The notes: generated by a model not told the origin, from the sequence alone. A stretch of DNA of 64,000 nucleotides from an uncultured bacterium (GCA_964537715.1 CAZIAH010000004.1:7587-71586), one strand, 5' to 3'. Positions 43,871 to 54,361 are shown, counted from the first letter of the stretch. Program-made: numbers and translations.

Positions 43871-44917
43871 ATGAAACATAGAATCACATTTTTTGATACA
43901 AAGCCATACGATCGCGAATTCTTTGAAACCGCCAATGAGAAATTCGGTTTTCAGATTAAATACTATCCAAGTCATTTGACGACGGATAACGTTGCATTGA
44001 CGCAGGGTTCGGATGCGATTTGTGTATTTGTCAATGACATACTCACGAGGGAAATTATCGATAGTCTCCATCGGAACCACATCCAATTAATCGCGCTCCG
44101 TTCCGCCGGGTACAACAACGTTGATTTGAAAGCAACATTCGGGAAAATCCATGTAGTGCGGGTTCCTGCCTATTCGCCGCAGGCAGTGGCAGAACATGCG
44201 GTCGCGCTGATGCTCTCGCTGAATCGCAAAACCCATCGGGCGTATTATCGTATCCGGGACAATAATTTTTCGATCAACGGTTTTATCGGTTTCGACATGC
44301 ACGGAAAAACCGTAGGTGTCATCGGCACCGGGAAAATCGGCAGGGCAATCATCGAAATTCTGAAAGGGTTTGGAATGAATGTCCTGGCCAATGATCCCTA
44401 TCCAGAGGAAAACTACGCAAAACAAAAACAGATCAAATATGTCAACCTGGATACGCTGTACAATGCATCGGATATCATTACCCTGCACTGTCCCTTAACC
44501 CCGAAAAATGTTCACATGATCAATGCCAAAACCATCTCCCGGATGAAAGACGGCGTAATGATTATCAACACGGGCCGGGGAAAGTTGATCAATACGGTGG
44601 ATTTGATCGAAGGTCTGAAGAGTAAAAAGATCGGCGCGGCCGGACTGGATGTTTATGAAGAAGAGGACGAATATTTTTTCGAGGATTTTTCTCACACAGC
44701 CATTGAGGACGATGTCCTCGCTAGATTGTTGACATTCCCGAATGTCCTGATCACATCCCATCAGGGATTTTTTACAAAAGAAGCGCTGACGAATATCGCC
44801 AACACGACACTCGAGAACATTCGGCTTTTCTTTGAGGAGAGAAAACTTCCCAATGAAATTTGTTACAAATGCGGCAATGATGAATGCAACCGAAAGAAAA
44901 ACGGGAAATGTTTTTAA
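43871..44917 (+). CDS. ldhA: D-lactate dehydrogenase / D-isomer-specific 2-hydroxyacid dehydrogenase with Cys-rich C-terminal tail
   Basis: 'GVIGTGKIGRAI' NAD-binding motif, and catalytic R/E/H positions in 'INTGRG' ... 'ITSHQGFFTKEA'. Extra tail 'CYKCGNDECNRKKNGKC'. Confidence 0.8.
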   Translation: MKHRITFFDTKPYDREFFETANEKFGFQIKYYPSHLTTDNVALTQGSDAICVFVNDILTREIIDSLHRNHIQLIALRSAGYNNVDLKATFGKIHVVRVPAYSPQAVAEHAVALMLSLNRKTHRAYYRIRDNNFSINGFIGFDMHGKTVGVIGTGKIGRAIIEILKGFGMNVLANDPYPEENYAKQKQIKYVNLDTLYNASDIITLHCPLTPKNVHMINAKTISRMKDGVMIINTGRGKLINTVDLIEGLKSKKIGAAGLDVYEEEDEYFFEDFSHTAIEDDVLARLLTFPNVLITSHQGFFTKEALTNIANTTLENIRLFFEERKLPNEICYKCGNDECNRKKNGKCF

Positions 44918-44972
44918 ATACAAAACTTTGGCAAATTTTCAAAATATTTAACGGATAAGCAATTGGAAGAAC

Positions 44973-45515
44973 TTACGTTAGTTTTTTCAATGTTTCTTCG
45001 AAGAGGGAACAGGCCTCTTTTCCCCACAAACAAAACACGACCTTTTCCAATTGGGTCTGACCTTTGATATATTCCAACACCGTAGTCAGCATGATTTTAG
45101 CGCATCGGTCCATCGGATAACCGAAAATGCCTGTGCTGATCGCCGGAAAAGCAATGGATTTCAGGTTGCGGTGTTCCGCGGTTTGAAGACTGTTGAGCGT
45201 TGCCTTTCTTAATTTTTCGTCCTCGTCTCCTTCTCCCATTCTCGGCCCGACAGCATGGATGACATATTTGGCGGGAAGATTACCGCCACTGGTAATCACG
45301 GCCGATCCTACAGTCACTTCCCCTCCCCATGCTTTCACCCAGACATCGCTCTCTTCCTGAATGGTATGCCCTCCTTTTCTTACAATAGCACCTGCTACTC
45401 CACCTCCATGTTTCAACAGGAAATTGGCCGCATTCACAATCGCATCCACGTTCATATCGGTAATATCCCCATCGATAATTTCAATATTTGTATTATGCAC
45501 TTTCGTCTTGAACAT
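44973..45515 (-). CDS. macro domain protein (O-acetyl-ADP-ribose deacetylase, YmdB-like)
   Basis: 'IEIIDGDITDMNVDAIVNAANFLLKHGGGVAGAI' and 'AFPAISTGIFGYP'. Confidence 0.8.
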   Translation of the reverse strand: MFKTKVHNTNIEIIDGDITDMNVDAIVNAANFLLKHGGGVAGAIVRKGGHTIQEESDVWVKAWGGEVTVGSAVITSGGNLPAKYVIHAVGPRMGEGDEDEKLRKATLNSLQTAEHRNLKSIAFPAISTGIFGYPMDRCAKIMLTTVLEYIKGQTQLEKVVFCLWGKEACSLFEETLKKLT

Positions 45516-46101
45516 CTTCCTCTCCCGTTTGTCGATTATCGATCCGTTTCTTCCAGAATTTGACTATTCCCTTTTCGGCGCCTATGACGATGAAAGCACA
45601 AAACACACCCACGATATATCCCCCTAGAACATCAGTTAGATAATGTACACCCACATAGATACGCGAATATCCGACCAGGACAGCAATCATCACAAATATC
45701 CACGTGTATCTTCTGTATTGATACGAAAACCAGGTTGCCGTCGATGCCATGTTCGCCGCGTGGGACGAAGGAAACGAAAAAGATGTCTTGGTTCCAATCA
45801 GATACCTGACTCCTTCGATGAGAAAATTTGGATGACAGGGACGGATGCGTTCGACCAGTGGCTTGATGACGGCACTGGACAGTTGATCGCTCAGTGTCAC
45901 GATAACCAGACCAAGCAGGACAGCGATTCGCCCTTTTTTTCCTCCAAAGATCAACAATCCGAGAATGATCAGTATAAACGGAATAGTAAAATTGTTCTTA
46001 TCAGTAATAAACGGCATGACCGCATCAAAGACTGGATTGGCCATACTCCGATTGATAAAGAGAAAAACAGCTTGGTCAATATTGTAAAGAAAATTCACCA
46101 A
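45493..46101 (-). CDS. PAP2-family phosphatase (membrane)
   Basis: 'KPLVERIRP', 'SFPSSHAANMAS', 'SRIYVGVHYLTDVLGG' are the three PAP2 motifs. Confidence 0.75.
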   Translation of the reverse strand: MVNFLYNIDQAVFLFINRSMANPVFDAVMPFITDKNNFTIPFILIILGLLIFGGKKGRIAVLLGLVIVTLSDQLSSAVIKPLVERIRPCHPNFLIEGVRYLIGTKTSFSFPSSHAANMASTATWFSYQYRRYTWIFVMIAVLVGYSRIYVGVHYLTDVLGGYIVGVFCAFIVIGAEKGIVKFWKKRIDNRQTGEEDVQDESA

Positions 46102-46119
46102 AATAAAAATTCGATTCGC

Positions 46120-47391
46120 TTAAACAAACACAATCCGTTTGTGACGCTTTTTCCCGGCCCGGAGCACGAGCACGCCGTCAATCAGATGATCGGCTGTCAC
46201 TTCGAGGAATTCATTAATGACTTTCTTTTCATTGATAGACGCTCCGCCTTGCTTGATCAACCGCTTGGCTTCGCTGTTGCTGGCGCAGAGGCCGCCTTCC
46301 ACAAAAAGTTTGGCTACCCAGATGCCATCTTCGAGCAATTGTTTCGGTAGCTCAACCGTTGGAAGCGCGCTGTCCTGATCTAGTTGGATCTCGGCCACTT
46401 CGGAGGAAGTGCGGATTTTTCCGTCGGGATCGCCCTGGCCGAACTGTTTGACGGCGGCGGTATAAGACTCCACGGCCCTATCTTTCCCGTGCGCGAGACG
46501 GGTGACTTCGAAAGCAAGGATTTCCTTGGCCCGGTTGATATTTTCTTTGGCCAGACGCTTGACTTCCTCCATCGGAAGGAATGTGAAAATGCCCAGATAG
46601 TTCTCTACGTCCCGATCGTCGATGTTCCGCCAGTACTGGTAAAATTCATAAGGGGACGTCTTCTTCCCGTCCAGCCAAATTGCATTCCCGGCGGATTTTC
46701 CAAATTTTTCACCGCCCGATGCCGTGATCAACGGAAAAGTCATGCCGTACACCTGTTTGCCAAGTTTTCGCCGGGTGAGATCGGAGCCGGCCACGATGTT
46801 TCCCCACTGATCCTGCCCGCCCATCTGGAGAATACAATCGTAATCGCGGGCCAGAACGTAAAAGTCGTATGCCTGAAGCAACATATAATTGAATTCGATA
46901 AAAGACAATCCGGTTTCGAGACGGAGCTTGACACTCTCGGCCGTGAGCATCCGGTTGATGCTGAAATGGACACCGACATCTCTCAAAAATTCGATATAAT
47001 TCAAAGGAAGCAGCCATTCGGCATTGTTCAGCATCAACGCCTTGTCTTCCTTAAAATCGATGTAATGGGAAAATTGTTTCTTGATTCCCTCTCCGAATGT
47101 ATGGATATCATCGACGGACAGCAACTGCCGCATCTCGGTTTTGCCGCTCGGATCACCGACCATAGTGGTTCCGCCGCCCAACAGAGCGATGGGCCGGTGC
47201 CCGCACCGCTGCATATGTGCCAATGCCATGATCGGAACGAGGCTGCCCACATGCAGTGAATCGGCCGTAGCATCAAATCCGATATAACAGGTAATCTTCT
47301 TGGATTTTAAAAGTTGCTCGATGGCTTTGTCGTCTGTTGTTTGATAGATAAATCCTCTTTCCTTCAGGATTTGAAAAACATTGTCTGTCAT
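46120..47391 (-). CDS. tyrS: tyrosine--tRNA ligase
   Basis: HIGH-like 'DATADSLHVGSL', 'KFGKS' (KMSKS-type), C-terminal S4 domain. Confidence 0.9.
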   Translation of the reverse strand: MTDNVFQILKERGFIYQTTDDKAIEQLLKSKKITCYIGFDATADSLHVGSLVPIMALAHMQRCGHRPIALLGGGTTMVGDPSGKTEMRQLLSVDDIHTFGEGIKKQFSHYIDFKEDKALMLNNAEWLLPLNYIEFLRDVGVHFSINRMLTAESVKLRLETGLSFIEFNYMLLQAYDFYVLARDYDCILQMGGQDQWGNIVAGSDLTRRKLGKQVYGMTFPLITASGGEKFGKSAGNAIWLDGKKTSPYEFYQYWRNIDDRDVENYLGIFTFLPMEEVKRLAKENINRAKEILAFEVTRLAHGKDRAVESYTAAVKQFGQGDPDGKIRTSSEVAEIQLDQDSALPTVELPKQLLEDGIWVAKLFVEGGLCASNSEAKRLIKQGGASINEKKVINEFLEVTADHLIDGVLVLRAGKKRHKRIVFV

Positions 47392-47400
47392 ACAAACTCC

Positions 47401-47862
47401 TTATCCGTGCTTTCCCCGAAATTCTCTTTCCATATCCCGGTTTGCATCCCGTTTGGCAATATCGGCCCGGCGGTCATACTGTTTTTTCCCTCTGGCCAGA
47501 GCAAGTTCTACCTTGGCTTTTCCGTCTTTGAAGTAGACTTTCAGAGGAACGAGCGTCAGCCCCTTTTCTTCAACTTTGCCAGTCAGTTTACGAATCTCTT
47601 TTTTATGAAGCAAGAGTTTTCTTGGCCGGACCGGATTGTGATTGGCATATCCGCCTTTTTCATAAGGACTGATGTGGAACTCGAACAGTGTAACCTCGCC
47701 ATTCTCGACACGGGCGTGGCTGTCTTTGAGATTCGCTTTGCCGACCCGGAGCGACTTGACCTCGGTTCCCTGAAGCACGATCCCCGCTTCCCAGGTTTCC
47801 AAAATCAAATAATCGTGCCTTGCCTTTCGGTTCTGTGTCACAATTTTAATAGACATAATCAC
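47401..47862 (-). CDS. smpB: SsrA-binding protein
   Basis: '[33 protein letters not shown]' is diagnostic of SmpB. Confidence 0.9.
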   Translation of the reverse strand: MIMSIKIVTQNRKARHDYLILETWEAGIVLQGTEVKSLRVGKANLKDSHARVENGEVTLFEFHISPYEKGGYANHNPVRPRKLLLHKKEIRKLTGKVEEKGLTLVPLKVYFKDGKAKVELALARGKKQYDRRADIAKRDANRDMEREFRGKHG

Positions 47863-48013
47863 TTCTCAAAATACAATTCCCTCTCCCTTGAAGGTCGAAG
47901 ATGCGCCTCTGGCGTGAAAGGGCCAGGGTGAGGGTGTCAATCCCCCCTCCTCTTAATCTCCTCCCCAAGGGGAGGAGAAATAATATTCAATTTTCTGTCC
48001 GTTTTGATAAAAC

Positions 48014-48042
48014 TTGACATTTTGAGTTTTGATCATTAAATT
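48014..48042 (+). promoter_or_regulatory. sigma70-type promoter for tRNA-Leu: -35 TTGACA (48014-48019), 17-bp spacer, -10 TAAATT (48037-48042)
   Basis: Read directly. The mature tRNA 5' end lies ~10 nt downstream of the -10 element. Confidence 0.5.
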
Positions 48043-48052
48043 GGATTCCCGC

Positions 48053-48137
48053 GCCGAAGTGGTGAAACTGGTAGACGCGCACGGTTCAGGGCCGTGTCCC
48101 GTATATCGGGATGTGGGTTCGAGTCCCACCTTCGGCA
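48053..48137 (+). tRNA. tRNA-Leu (anticodon CAG), type II with long variable arm
   Basis: Acceptor stem GCCGAAG/CTTCGGC, anticodon stem CACGG/CCGTG with loop TTCAGGG, long variable arm, T-arm GTGGGTTCGAGTCCCAC. Discriminator A, no encoded CCA. Confidence 0.85.
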
Positions 48138-48143
48138 CTCAAG

Positions 48144-48180
48144 GCCATTCAATTATTTGAATGGCTATTTTTTATTTTTA
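48144..48180 (+). terminator. intrinsic terminator after tRNA-Leu (GCCATTCAA-TTAT-TTGAATGGC + T-tract)
   Basis: Read directly. Confidence 0.55.
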
Positions 48181-48283
48181 ATTCTCCCTTCTTGAAAAGC
48201 TTGTCCCGCACTTGATGCGGGAGAGATCCACGAGGAACGTCGGGAGCCTGTCCCGGCAATCTTTTAGCCGGGGTAGAGGGATG

Positions 48284-51043
48284 TCAGTGTGCTTCATACC
48301 AGTTCTGCCCGATCCCGATATCCACCTTGACTGGAACGGATAATTTCAGCGCTCCTTCCATCTCTTTACGGACCATTTCGGACAATTTTTCTGACTCGTC
48401 CGCATGCACTTCAAAAACCAATTCGTCGTGAATCTGCAAAATCATTTTCGCCCGCCATTTTCCGGATCGTAAATGTTCTGCGATCCGAATCATCGCGATT
48501 TTGATCATGTCCGCGGCCGTCCCCTGAATCGGCGTATTGATGGCCGTACGTTCCCCGAATTCGCGGATATTCTTATTGTCGCTCTTGAGTTCCGGCAGAT
48601 ACCGCCGCCGGTTCAGCAGCGTGGTTACGTACCCCTGTTGATGCGCCAACCCGATGATCTGTACGATAAATTCATTCACTTTGGGATAGCGGGCAAAATA
48701 GGCGCTGATAAAACTTTGTGCCTCTTCCAGAGAAATCCCGAGTCGCTGGGACAGGCCGAAAGGACCCATTCCGTACATGATCCCGAAATTAATCGTTTTG
48801 GCCTGTCGCCGATGCTCGTCGGTCACCTGTTCCTGAGAAATACCGAAAATTTCAGCGGCCGTTCTTCGATGCACGTCCTCACCATTCCGGAAAGAATCGA
48901 TTAGAGTTTGATCGCCCGAAATATGGGCCATGATTCTCAGCTCAATCTGGCTGTAATCCGCCGACAGAATCACCCAATCTTTTTCGCCCGGAATGAACGC
49001 GCGCCGGATTTCTCGGCCAAGATCGGTTCGGATCGGAATGTTCTGCAGATTAGGATCGCTCGTGGAAAGCCGCCCTATCGCAGCAACGGTTTGATTGAAT
49101 GAGGCGTGCACCCGTCCAGTTTTGGGATGAATAAGCTTCGGCAGCGCATCCACATACGTCGATTTCAGCTTCATGAGCTGACGGTAATCCAGCAGAATTT
49201 TGGGAAGCGGATGGATGACATATCTTTCCAAAGTAGCTACATCCGTGGCGTAGCCGGTTTTGGTCCGCTTGGGCCGTTTCACGCCGGCCAGCTCATGGAC
49301 TTTCAATTTTTCAAAAAGGATTTTGCCCAACTGCTGCGTGGAGTTGATATTGAACCGCTCTTTCGCAATCTCGTAGATTTCCTCCTGAAGCCGATCCAGC
49401 TGAGAAGCCATTTCATCGGACATTTCGGAAAGTAGTTTCTTGTCCAGGGCGACGCCATTCTCCTCCATTTCGATCAAAACGTGCATGAGCGGCATTTCAA
49501 CATCGCGAAAAAGCGGATCGAGTTTCGCCTCTTTCAATCTGGGCTCGAGGGCATTTCTCAACTGGAAAGTAACGTCCGCATCTTCACATCCATATTCGGC
49601 CACTTTTTCAAGATCGACCTCTGCCATGCTGATCTGGCTTTTACCCGTGCCGATCAGCGCCTTGGTCGGGATTTTCCGGATGTTGAGATACTCCAGCGCC
49701 AGCGCATCGATTCCGAACTGACGCGAGGTTGGATTCACAAGATAAGCGGCAATCATCGTATCGAAATCCACGCCTTCCAGACCAATGTCGTGGCGGCGGA
49801 ACACGAGCAGGTCATACTTGATGTTCTGGCCGCATTTCCGGACTTTTTGATTTTTGAGAACCGGTTCCAGTTTCTTAAATACAATCGACTGCACATTGCC
49901 TTCCTGATTTTCGAACAGATCGCCGGTCCGGTCCGCCTCGGGGAGCAGCATCGGCACATAGACCGCCTCCCCGGCTTTCCAGGAAAGACACAACCCGACG
50001 ATCTCGGCGGAAACGGGATCCAGAGAAGTGGTTTCGAGATCAATGGCAAACATGGAGACTTTGGAAAGCTGTTTAGCCAGTTGATCGATTTCAGAAATCT
50101 GACGAAGAATCCGGTAGTTCCGTTTCGGTCCCTTCCTTTCCCCGCCGGTCAGTTCCGGCAATTCCTGAAGAAACCGGCTGAACTCCAATTCCTGGAAAAG
50201 AGCGACAAGACGATCCTGATCCACGATTTTAAAAACGAGAGCATCAGGATTAAATTCAACCGGTGCGTCCGTATGAATGGTGACCAGCTCTTTCGAGAAA
50301 AGTGCCTGATCCCGGTGGGTTTCTAAATTTTCACGGACTTTCTGCCGTTCAATTTCCTGGGTATGTGCCAGCACTCCTTCCATCGATCCGAATTTTTGAA
50401 TCAACTCCTGAGCCGTTTTGGGACCGATACCGGGTACGCCAGGCACATTGTCTGAACTGTCTCCCATCAATCCCAAAAGATCAATCACTTTATCCGGAGC
50501 GACTCCCAATTTATCGGCGACACCTTCCGGGCCGAGAACCTCTCTTTCGCCGCCGCTTCTTTTTTGACTTGGAATGATCATCTTGATCCGGTCTGAAATC
50601 AGCTGCATAAAATCCTTGTCGCCCGTAACGAGACAGGTTTCCAACCCTTTCTTTTCGGCCTGTTTCGCCAGTGTGCCGATCACGTCGTCAGCTTCGTACC
50701 CTTCGATTTCGTAAATCGGAATATTGAATGCTTCGACGACCTTTCGGATGACAGGGAGTTGTTCGGCCATTTCATCCGGCATTTTCTGGCGCGTGGCCTT
50801 GTATTTTGGATAGACTTTGTGCCGGAACGTTGGAGCGGAGGTATCGAAAATGCAGGCGATGTGAGAAGGTTTCTCTTCTCTGAGAATCTGCATCAGGGTA
50901 TTGGTAAAACCGAAAACCCCACTCGTATTGATGCCCTTGGAGTTGATCAGCGGATTGCGGATAAAAGCAAAATAGGAACGGTAGGCCAGAGCGGTTCCAT
51001 CGATGAGAAACAGCCGCTCGGATGGAATCGGTGAAATTGTCAT
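48284..51043 (-). CDS. polA: DNA polymerase I
   Basis: 5'-3' exonuclease N-terminus (LFLIDGTALAYRSYFA), 3'-5' exonuclease domain, polymerase motifs A 'LSADYSQIELRI', B 'RRQAKTINFGIMYG', C 'LQIHDELVFE'. Confidence 0.95.
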   Translation of the reverse strand: MTISPIPSERLFLIDGTALAYRSYFAFIRNPLINSKGINTSGVFGFTNTLMQILREEKPSHIACIFDTSAPTFRHKVYPKYKATRQKMPDEMAEQLPVIRKVVEAFNIPIYEIEGYEADDVIGTLAKQAEKKGLETCLVTGDKDFMQLISDRIKMIIPSQKRSGGEREVLGPEGVADKLGVAPDKVIDLLGLMGDSSDNVPGVPGIGPKTAQELIQKFGSMEGVLAHTQEIERQKVRENLETHRDQALFSKELVTIHTDAPVEFNPDALVFKIVDQDRLVALFQELEFSRFLQELPELTGGERKGPKRNYRILRQISEIDQLAKQLSKVSMFAIDLETTSLDPVSAEIVGLCLSWKAGEAVYVPMLLPEADRTGDLFENQEGNVQSIVFKKLEPVLKNQKVRKCGQNIKYDLLVFRRHDIGLEGVDFDTMIAAYLVNPTSRQFGIDALALEYLNIRKIPTKALIGTGKSQISMAEVDLEKVAEYGCEDADVTFQLRNALEPRLKEAKLDPLFRDVEMPLMHVLIEMEENGVALDKKLLSEMSDEMASQLDRLQEEIYEIAKERFNINSTQQLGKILFEKLKVHELAGVKRPKRTKTGYATDVATLERYVIHPLPKILLDYRQLMKLKSTYVDALPKLIHPKTGRVHASFNQTVAAIGRLSTSDPNLQNIPIRTDLGREIRRAFIPGEKDWVILSADYSQIELRIMAHISGDQTLIDSFRNGEDVHRRTAAEIFGISQEQVTDEHRRQAKTINFGIMYGMGPFGLSQRLGISLEEAQSFISAYFARYPKVNEFIVQIIGLAHQQGYVTTLLNRRRYLPELKSDNKNIREFGERTAINTPIQGTAADMIKIAMIRIAEHLRSGKWRAKMILQIHDELVFEVHADESEKLSEMVRKEMEGALKLSVPVKVDIGIGQNWYEAH

Positions 51044-51069
51044 CGGATTTTCCTTTTCCCCTTCTCTCG

Positions 51070-52893
51070 TTAACTCGTCTGTCGGATAACAGGTACGATC
51101 AACCTGTCGCCGGGATGAAGGCGGTTTAAATCCTTTCCTGAATTATATTGCATCAACAGCCACAAAGGGACACCGTGATGGTGCTTGATCATGGTCCACA
51201 AGGTTTCCCCGCGCCGAACTGTATGAACTTTCGAGCTCTCTATAGAATATTTCTCAAAAAAAGCGCCCTGTATCTGCTGATGATAGGCCAGCCGTCTTTC
51301 CTCAAATACTTTGGGATCGACATCTTTAAAAACAAGTTCGATTTCTTCTCCGACACGGATTTTCTGCCTGTACCGCAGGCCGTTCAATTTACGTAGCATC
51401 CAGGTCGGAATTTCAAGCCATTCCGCGAAATGTCCGAGTGTCTCTTCCGGAAGAATCTGGATCTTGTTGTTGTCGGACACATGGAGATAATCAACTTTCA
51501 GAGGATAAGGCAGTTTTTGCCAGAGGGAACGCTCCATTTCAATCATCGTTTCGGAAACCTCACTCAAAGATGGATCCTGCTCCACCTGTGTATTGTCTTT
51601 CCTTGAAATGATCGGAGACATCCTGGCCAATGCGGTATAAGAATTCTCTTTAGTATCGGCTGCATCGACAACTTCTGTTCTTTCTGTTTCATTTTCCGGA
51701 TCAGACTGAACAGCCAATTGATTCTCTTCGAATTGACTCCGGATTTTTTCCATCGCCCCGAGCACAGAGGCTTTCTCGGGCAGCCGAAGCGCATATTCTT
51801 TGGGAATAGGCCGGGTTCCTCGCAAAATTGCACGATCGAGCGCCGGATTGAATTGCTGGACCTCTATTTCTTTCACGCGAAACACCCGGGCCGCCTCATC
51901 GATATTGAGCGAGAAAGGAATCTTCACGATCTGAAATTTTTCATTGGCATCGTAGACAATCTTTCCAAAATAGGCGGACGGATTTCTTGCAACCTGAACG
52001 GCTGCCAGAAATTCTGCGTAAAAATTTTTCGATGCAAATCCAAAAGACCGGCTTCGATAGTATTGATCAATCAGACTGAAGTCTTTGGAACCCGTTCTTC
52101 GAACCGCTCTTTTCATTCCTGCCAGACCGTGGTTGTATGCGGTGATGGCTAGCGGCCAATTCCCGAGTGCTAAAAAATTCTTCATCAAAAGTCGGGAAGC
52201 CGCATCGGTAGAAATATAAGGATCTTTTCTCTCGTCGCAAATAGGGTTGATATTCATAAATTGACGCCCGGTAGAACGGGTGAACTGCCACATGCCCGCG
52301 GCTCCGGATCTCGAACGGGCATGACAGTTGAAAGAAGACTCCACGTGAACCAGATAAACCAATTCCTCTGGCAGTCCCTTATCTCTAAAAACCGCCTTCA
52401 TCCGGTCAAGATAGCGTCCGGATCGCTCGACGCCTGCTTTGAATGTCTCTTTCATTCCCCCTTGAATACGGACAGATCCGGCGGCACGAATAAAAGTTCC
52501 GGGTTTGGGACCTCTACCGAACAGCCTGAAAATCCGGAGGGATTCACCATTCAATTCCTCTTCACGGTATTCCCGCACGGACAGCGCTTTCAACAGGGAG
52601 ACAATCCGATTTTTTTCTTTGCTGAGAATTTCTCTTTTTTCATCCCTTGAAAGAATCGCATGAGGAGAAATTTGATTAAAATCCACAACGGAATAGATCC
52701 GTTCGGGTTTGTCCGCATCGAAAAAAACGGCCTGTTCAACCGAATATTGTGTAAACACGTTGACCCAGAATTGAACACGTAATTGCATACCATCGGGAAC
52801 GGGAAATGGACCCACTCGTTTCGAACTCGCGGCTGACCATGCCAGTAAAAAAATGAAACCGACGACCAGAAATTTTTTTGTTATTTTTTTCAT
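51070..52893 (-). CDS. lytic transglycosylase (SLT domain, MltD-like) with C-terminal LysM domains
   Basis: 'VHVESSFNCHARSRSGAAGMWQF' (E-S...GLMQ SLT motif). Two LysM-like blocks near the C-terminus. Start taken at MKKITKKFLVVGF (52893). Confidence 0.8.
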   Translation of the reverse strand: MKKITKKFLVVGFIFLLAWSAASSKRVGPFPVPDGMQLRVQFWVNVFTQYSVEQAVFFDADKPERIYSVVDFNQISPHAILSRDEKREILSKEKNRIVSLLKALSVREYREEELNGESLRIFRLFGRGPKPGTFIRAAGSVRIQGGMKETFKAGVERSGRYLDRMKAVFRDKGLPEELVYLVHVESSFNCHARSRSGAAGMWQFTRSTGRQFMNINPICDERKDPYISTDAASRLLMKNFLALGNWPLAITAYNHGLAGMKRAVRRTGSKDFSLIDQYYRSRSFGFASKNFYAEFLAAVQVARNPSAYFGKIVYDANEKFQIVKIPFSLNIDEAARVFRVKEIEVQQFNPALDRAILRGTRPIPKEYALRLPEKASVLGAMEKIRSQFEENQLAVQSDPENETERTEVVDAADTKENSYTALARMSPIISRKDNTQVEQDPSLSEVSETMIEMERSLWQKLPYPLKVDYLHVSDNNKIQILPEETLGHFAEWLEIPTWMLRKLNGLRYRQKIRVGEEIELVFKDVDPKVFEERRLAYHQQIQGAFFEKYSIESSKVHTVRRGETLWTMIKHHHGVPLWLLMQYNSGKDLNRLHPGDRLIVPVIRQTS

Positions 52894-52900
52894 AACGATG

Positions 52901-54361
52901 TTAATGATTTTCAAGAACCGTCCGGACAAATCGGCGGCATTTGGCCAGCCCGAAAACACCCGCAATCCTCGGCAGCTCGGGGCCATGTACCTGACCGGTT
53001 AGAGCCACACGAATCGGCATCCAGAGCGATTTCCCTTTGATGCCCGTACTTGCTTGAATGGTTTTCATGACTTTGAGAAACAGTTCTCCGTTCCAGTCGT
53101 TCAGGGAATCTGTCTCTTCAAGAAACAATGTCAGTATTCGGACGGTTTCCTGATTTTGGAGAACTTCTCTGGCTTCCTGATTTTCCGGAACGGCTTTGTC
53201 CTGATAAAAGATCCGTCCATTTTCGGCAAATTGATTGATCCGTTCGACCTTGTCCTGCAGTGCGGAAATAACCGGCACAATCTCATCGGCGGAAGTAACC
53301 GGAAATCCGGCTTTTCGAAAATAGGGAAACGCCATCTGGCTGAGCTTTTCCGCTTCGGCCTGCCGAATGTAGATGCCGTTCATCCAATCGAGTTTTTCCG
53401 TATCGAACACGGCGGCAGATTTCGAAACCCGGCCAAAATCGAATTCACGGACGAGCCGTTCGAGGGAGAGAATTTCTTCTCCACTCTCGGAAGACCAGGA
53501 AAGCAGGGAAAGATAATTGACCAGTGCTTCCGGCAAATAACCCGCTTCCCGATACTGGACCACCGAAGTGGCTCCGTGGCGTTTTGAAAGGCGCGTGCGG
53601 TCTTCTCCCAGAATCATGGGAATGTGAGCGAAACACGGGGGCACCCAGTCCAGCGCATGGTAAAGAAATAGTTGCCTCGGCGTATTCGAAATATGATCAT
53701 CTCCGCGGACCACATGCGAGATTGCCATGTGATGGTCATCTACGACACAGGCAAAATTGTACATTGGCATGCCGTCCGGACGAACAATGATAAAATCGCC
53801 GATATGTTCACCCTGAAACATGACTTCTTCACGGACCAGATCGACGAAACGAACCTCCTTTTCTTCGACATGAAAACGGAAAGTTGGCCTTCTGCCTTCT
53901 GACTCGAATTTCTGTTTTTGATCTTTTGTCAGGTGAAAACAGTGCCCGTCATAAACTGCCGATTCCCCTTTTTCGAGTTTTTCCTTTTTTCGCGCTTCCA
54001 GTTCTTCGGGCGTGCAGTAGCAGGGATAAACCCGGCCCTCATTGAGAAGCTGCTGCAGCACTTGCCGGTAAAACTCCCGCCGCTCGGATTGGCGGTACGG
54101 ACCGAATGCGTCTTTCCGTTCCGGGCCTTCATCCCAGGAGAGTCCGAGCCATTCGAGATCGTCTAAAATGGATTTCTCCGAAGATTCGGTCGAGCGTTCC
54201 ACATCCGTATCCTCAATGCGCAATACAAAAATGCCTGAATTGTGTTTCGCAAAGAGCCAGTTCATGATGGCCGTTCTCGCATTGCCGATATGCAAAAGCC
54301 CGGTCGGACTGGGGGCGAACCGTGTCCGCACTTGTGATTTTCTTTCGTGCTTGCTATTCAC
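52901..54361 (-). CDS. gltX: glutamate--tRNA ligase
   Basis: 'RFAPSPTGLLHIGNARTA' (HIGH) and 'LSKRHG' (KMSKS). Confidence 0.9.
   Translation of the reverse strand: MNSKHERKSQVRTRFAPSPTGLLHIGNARTAIMNWLFAKHNSGIFVLRIEDTDVERSTESSEKSILDDLEWLGLSWDEGPERKDAFGPYRQSERREFYRQVLQQLLNEGRVYPCYCTPEELEARKKEKLEKGESAVYDGHCFHLTKDQKQKFESEGRRPTFRFHVEEKEVRFVDLVREEVMFQGEHIGDFIIVRPDGMPMYNFACVVDDHHMAISHVVRGDDHISNTPRQLFLYHALDWVPPCFAHIPMILGEDRTRLSKRHGATSVVQYREAGYLPEALVNYLSLLSWSSESGEEILSLERLVREFDFGRVSKSAAVFDTEKLDWMNGIYIRQAEAEKLSQMAFPYFRKAGFPVTSADEIVPVISALQDKVERINQFAENGRIFYQDKAVPENQEAREVLQNQETVRILTLFLEETDSLNDWNGELFLKVMKTIQASTGIKGKSLWMPIRVALTGQVHGPELPRIAGVFGLAKCRRFVRTVLENH

Noticed and set aside
47953-48138. 61-aa minus-strand ORF
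   Set aside because: Overlaps the tRNA-Leu gene and its promoter; product is implausible.
49481-50326. 281-aa plus-strand ORF (and several others at 48473-49721)
   Set aside because: All lie antisense within polA, whose frame has unambiguous polymerase and exonuclease motifs.
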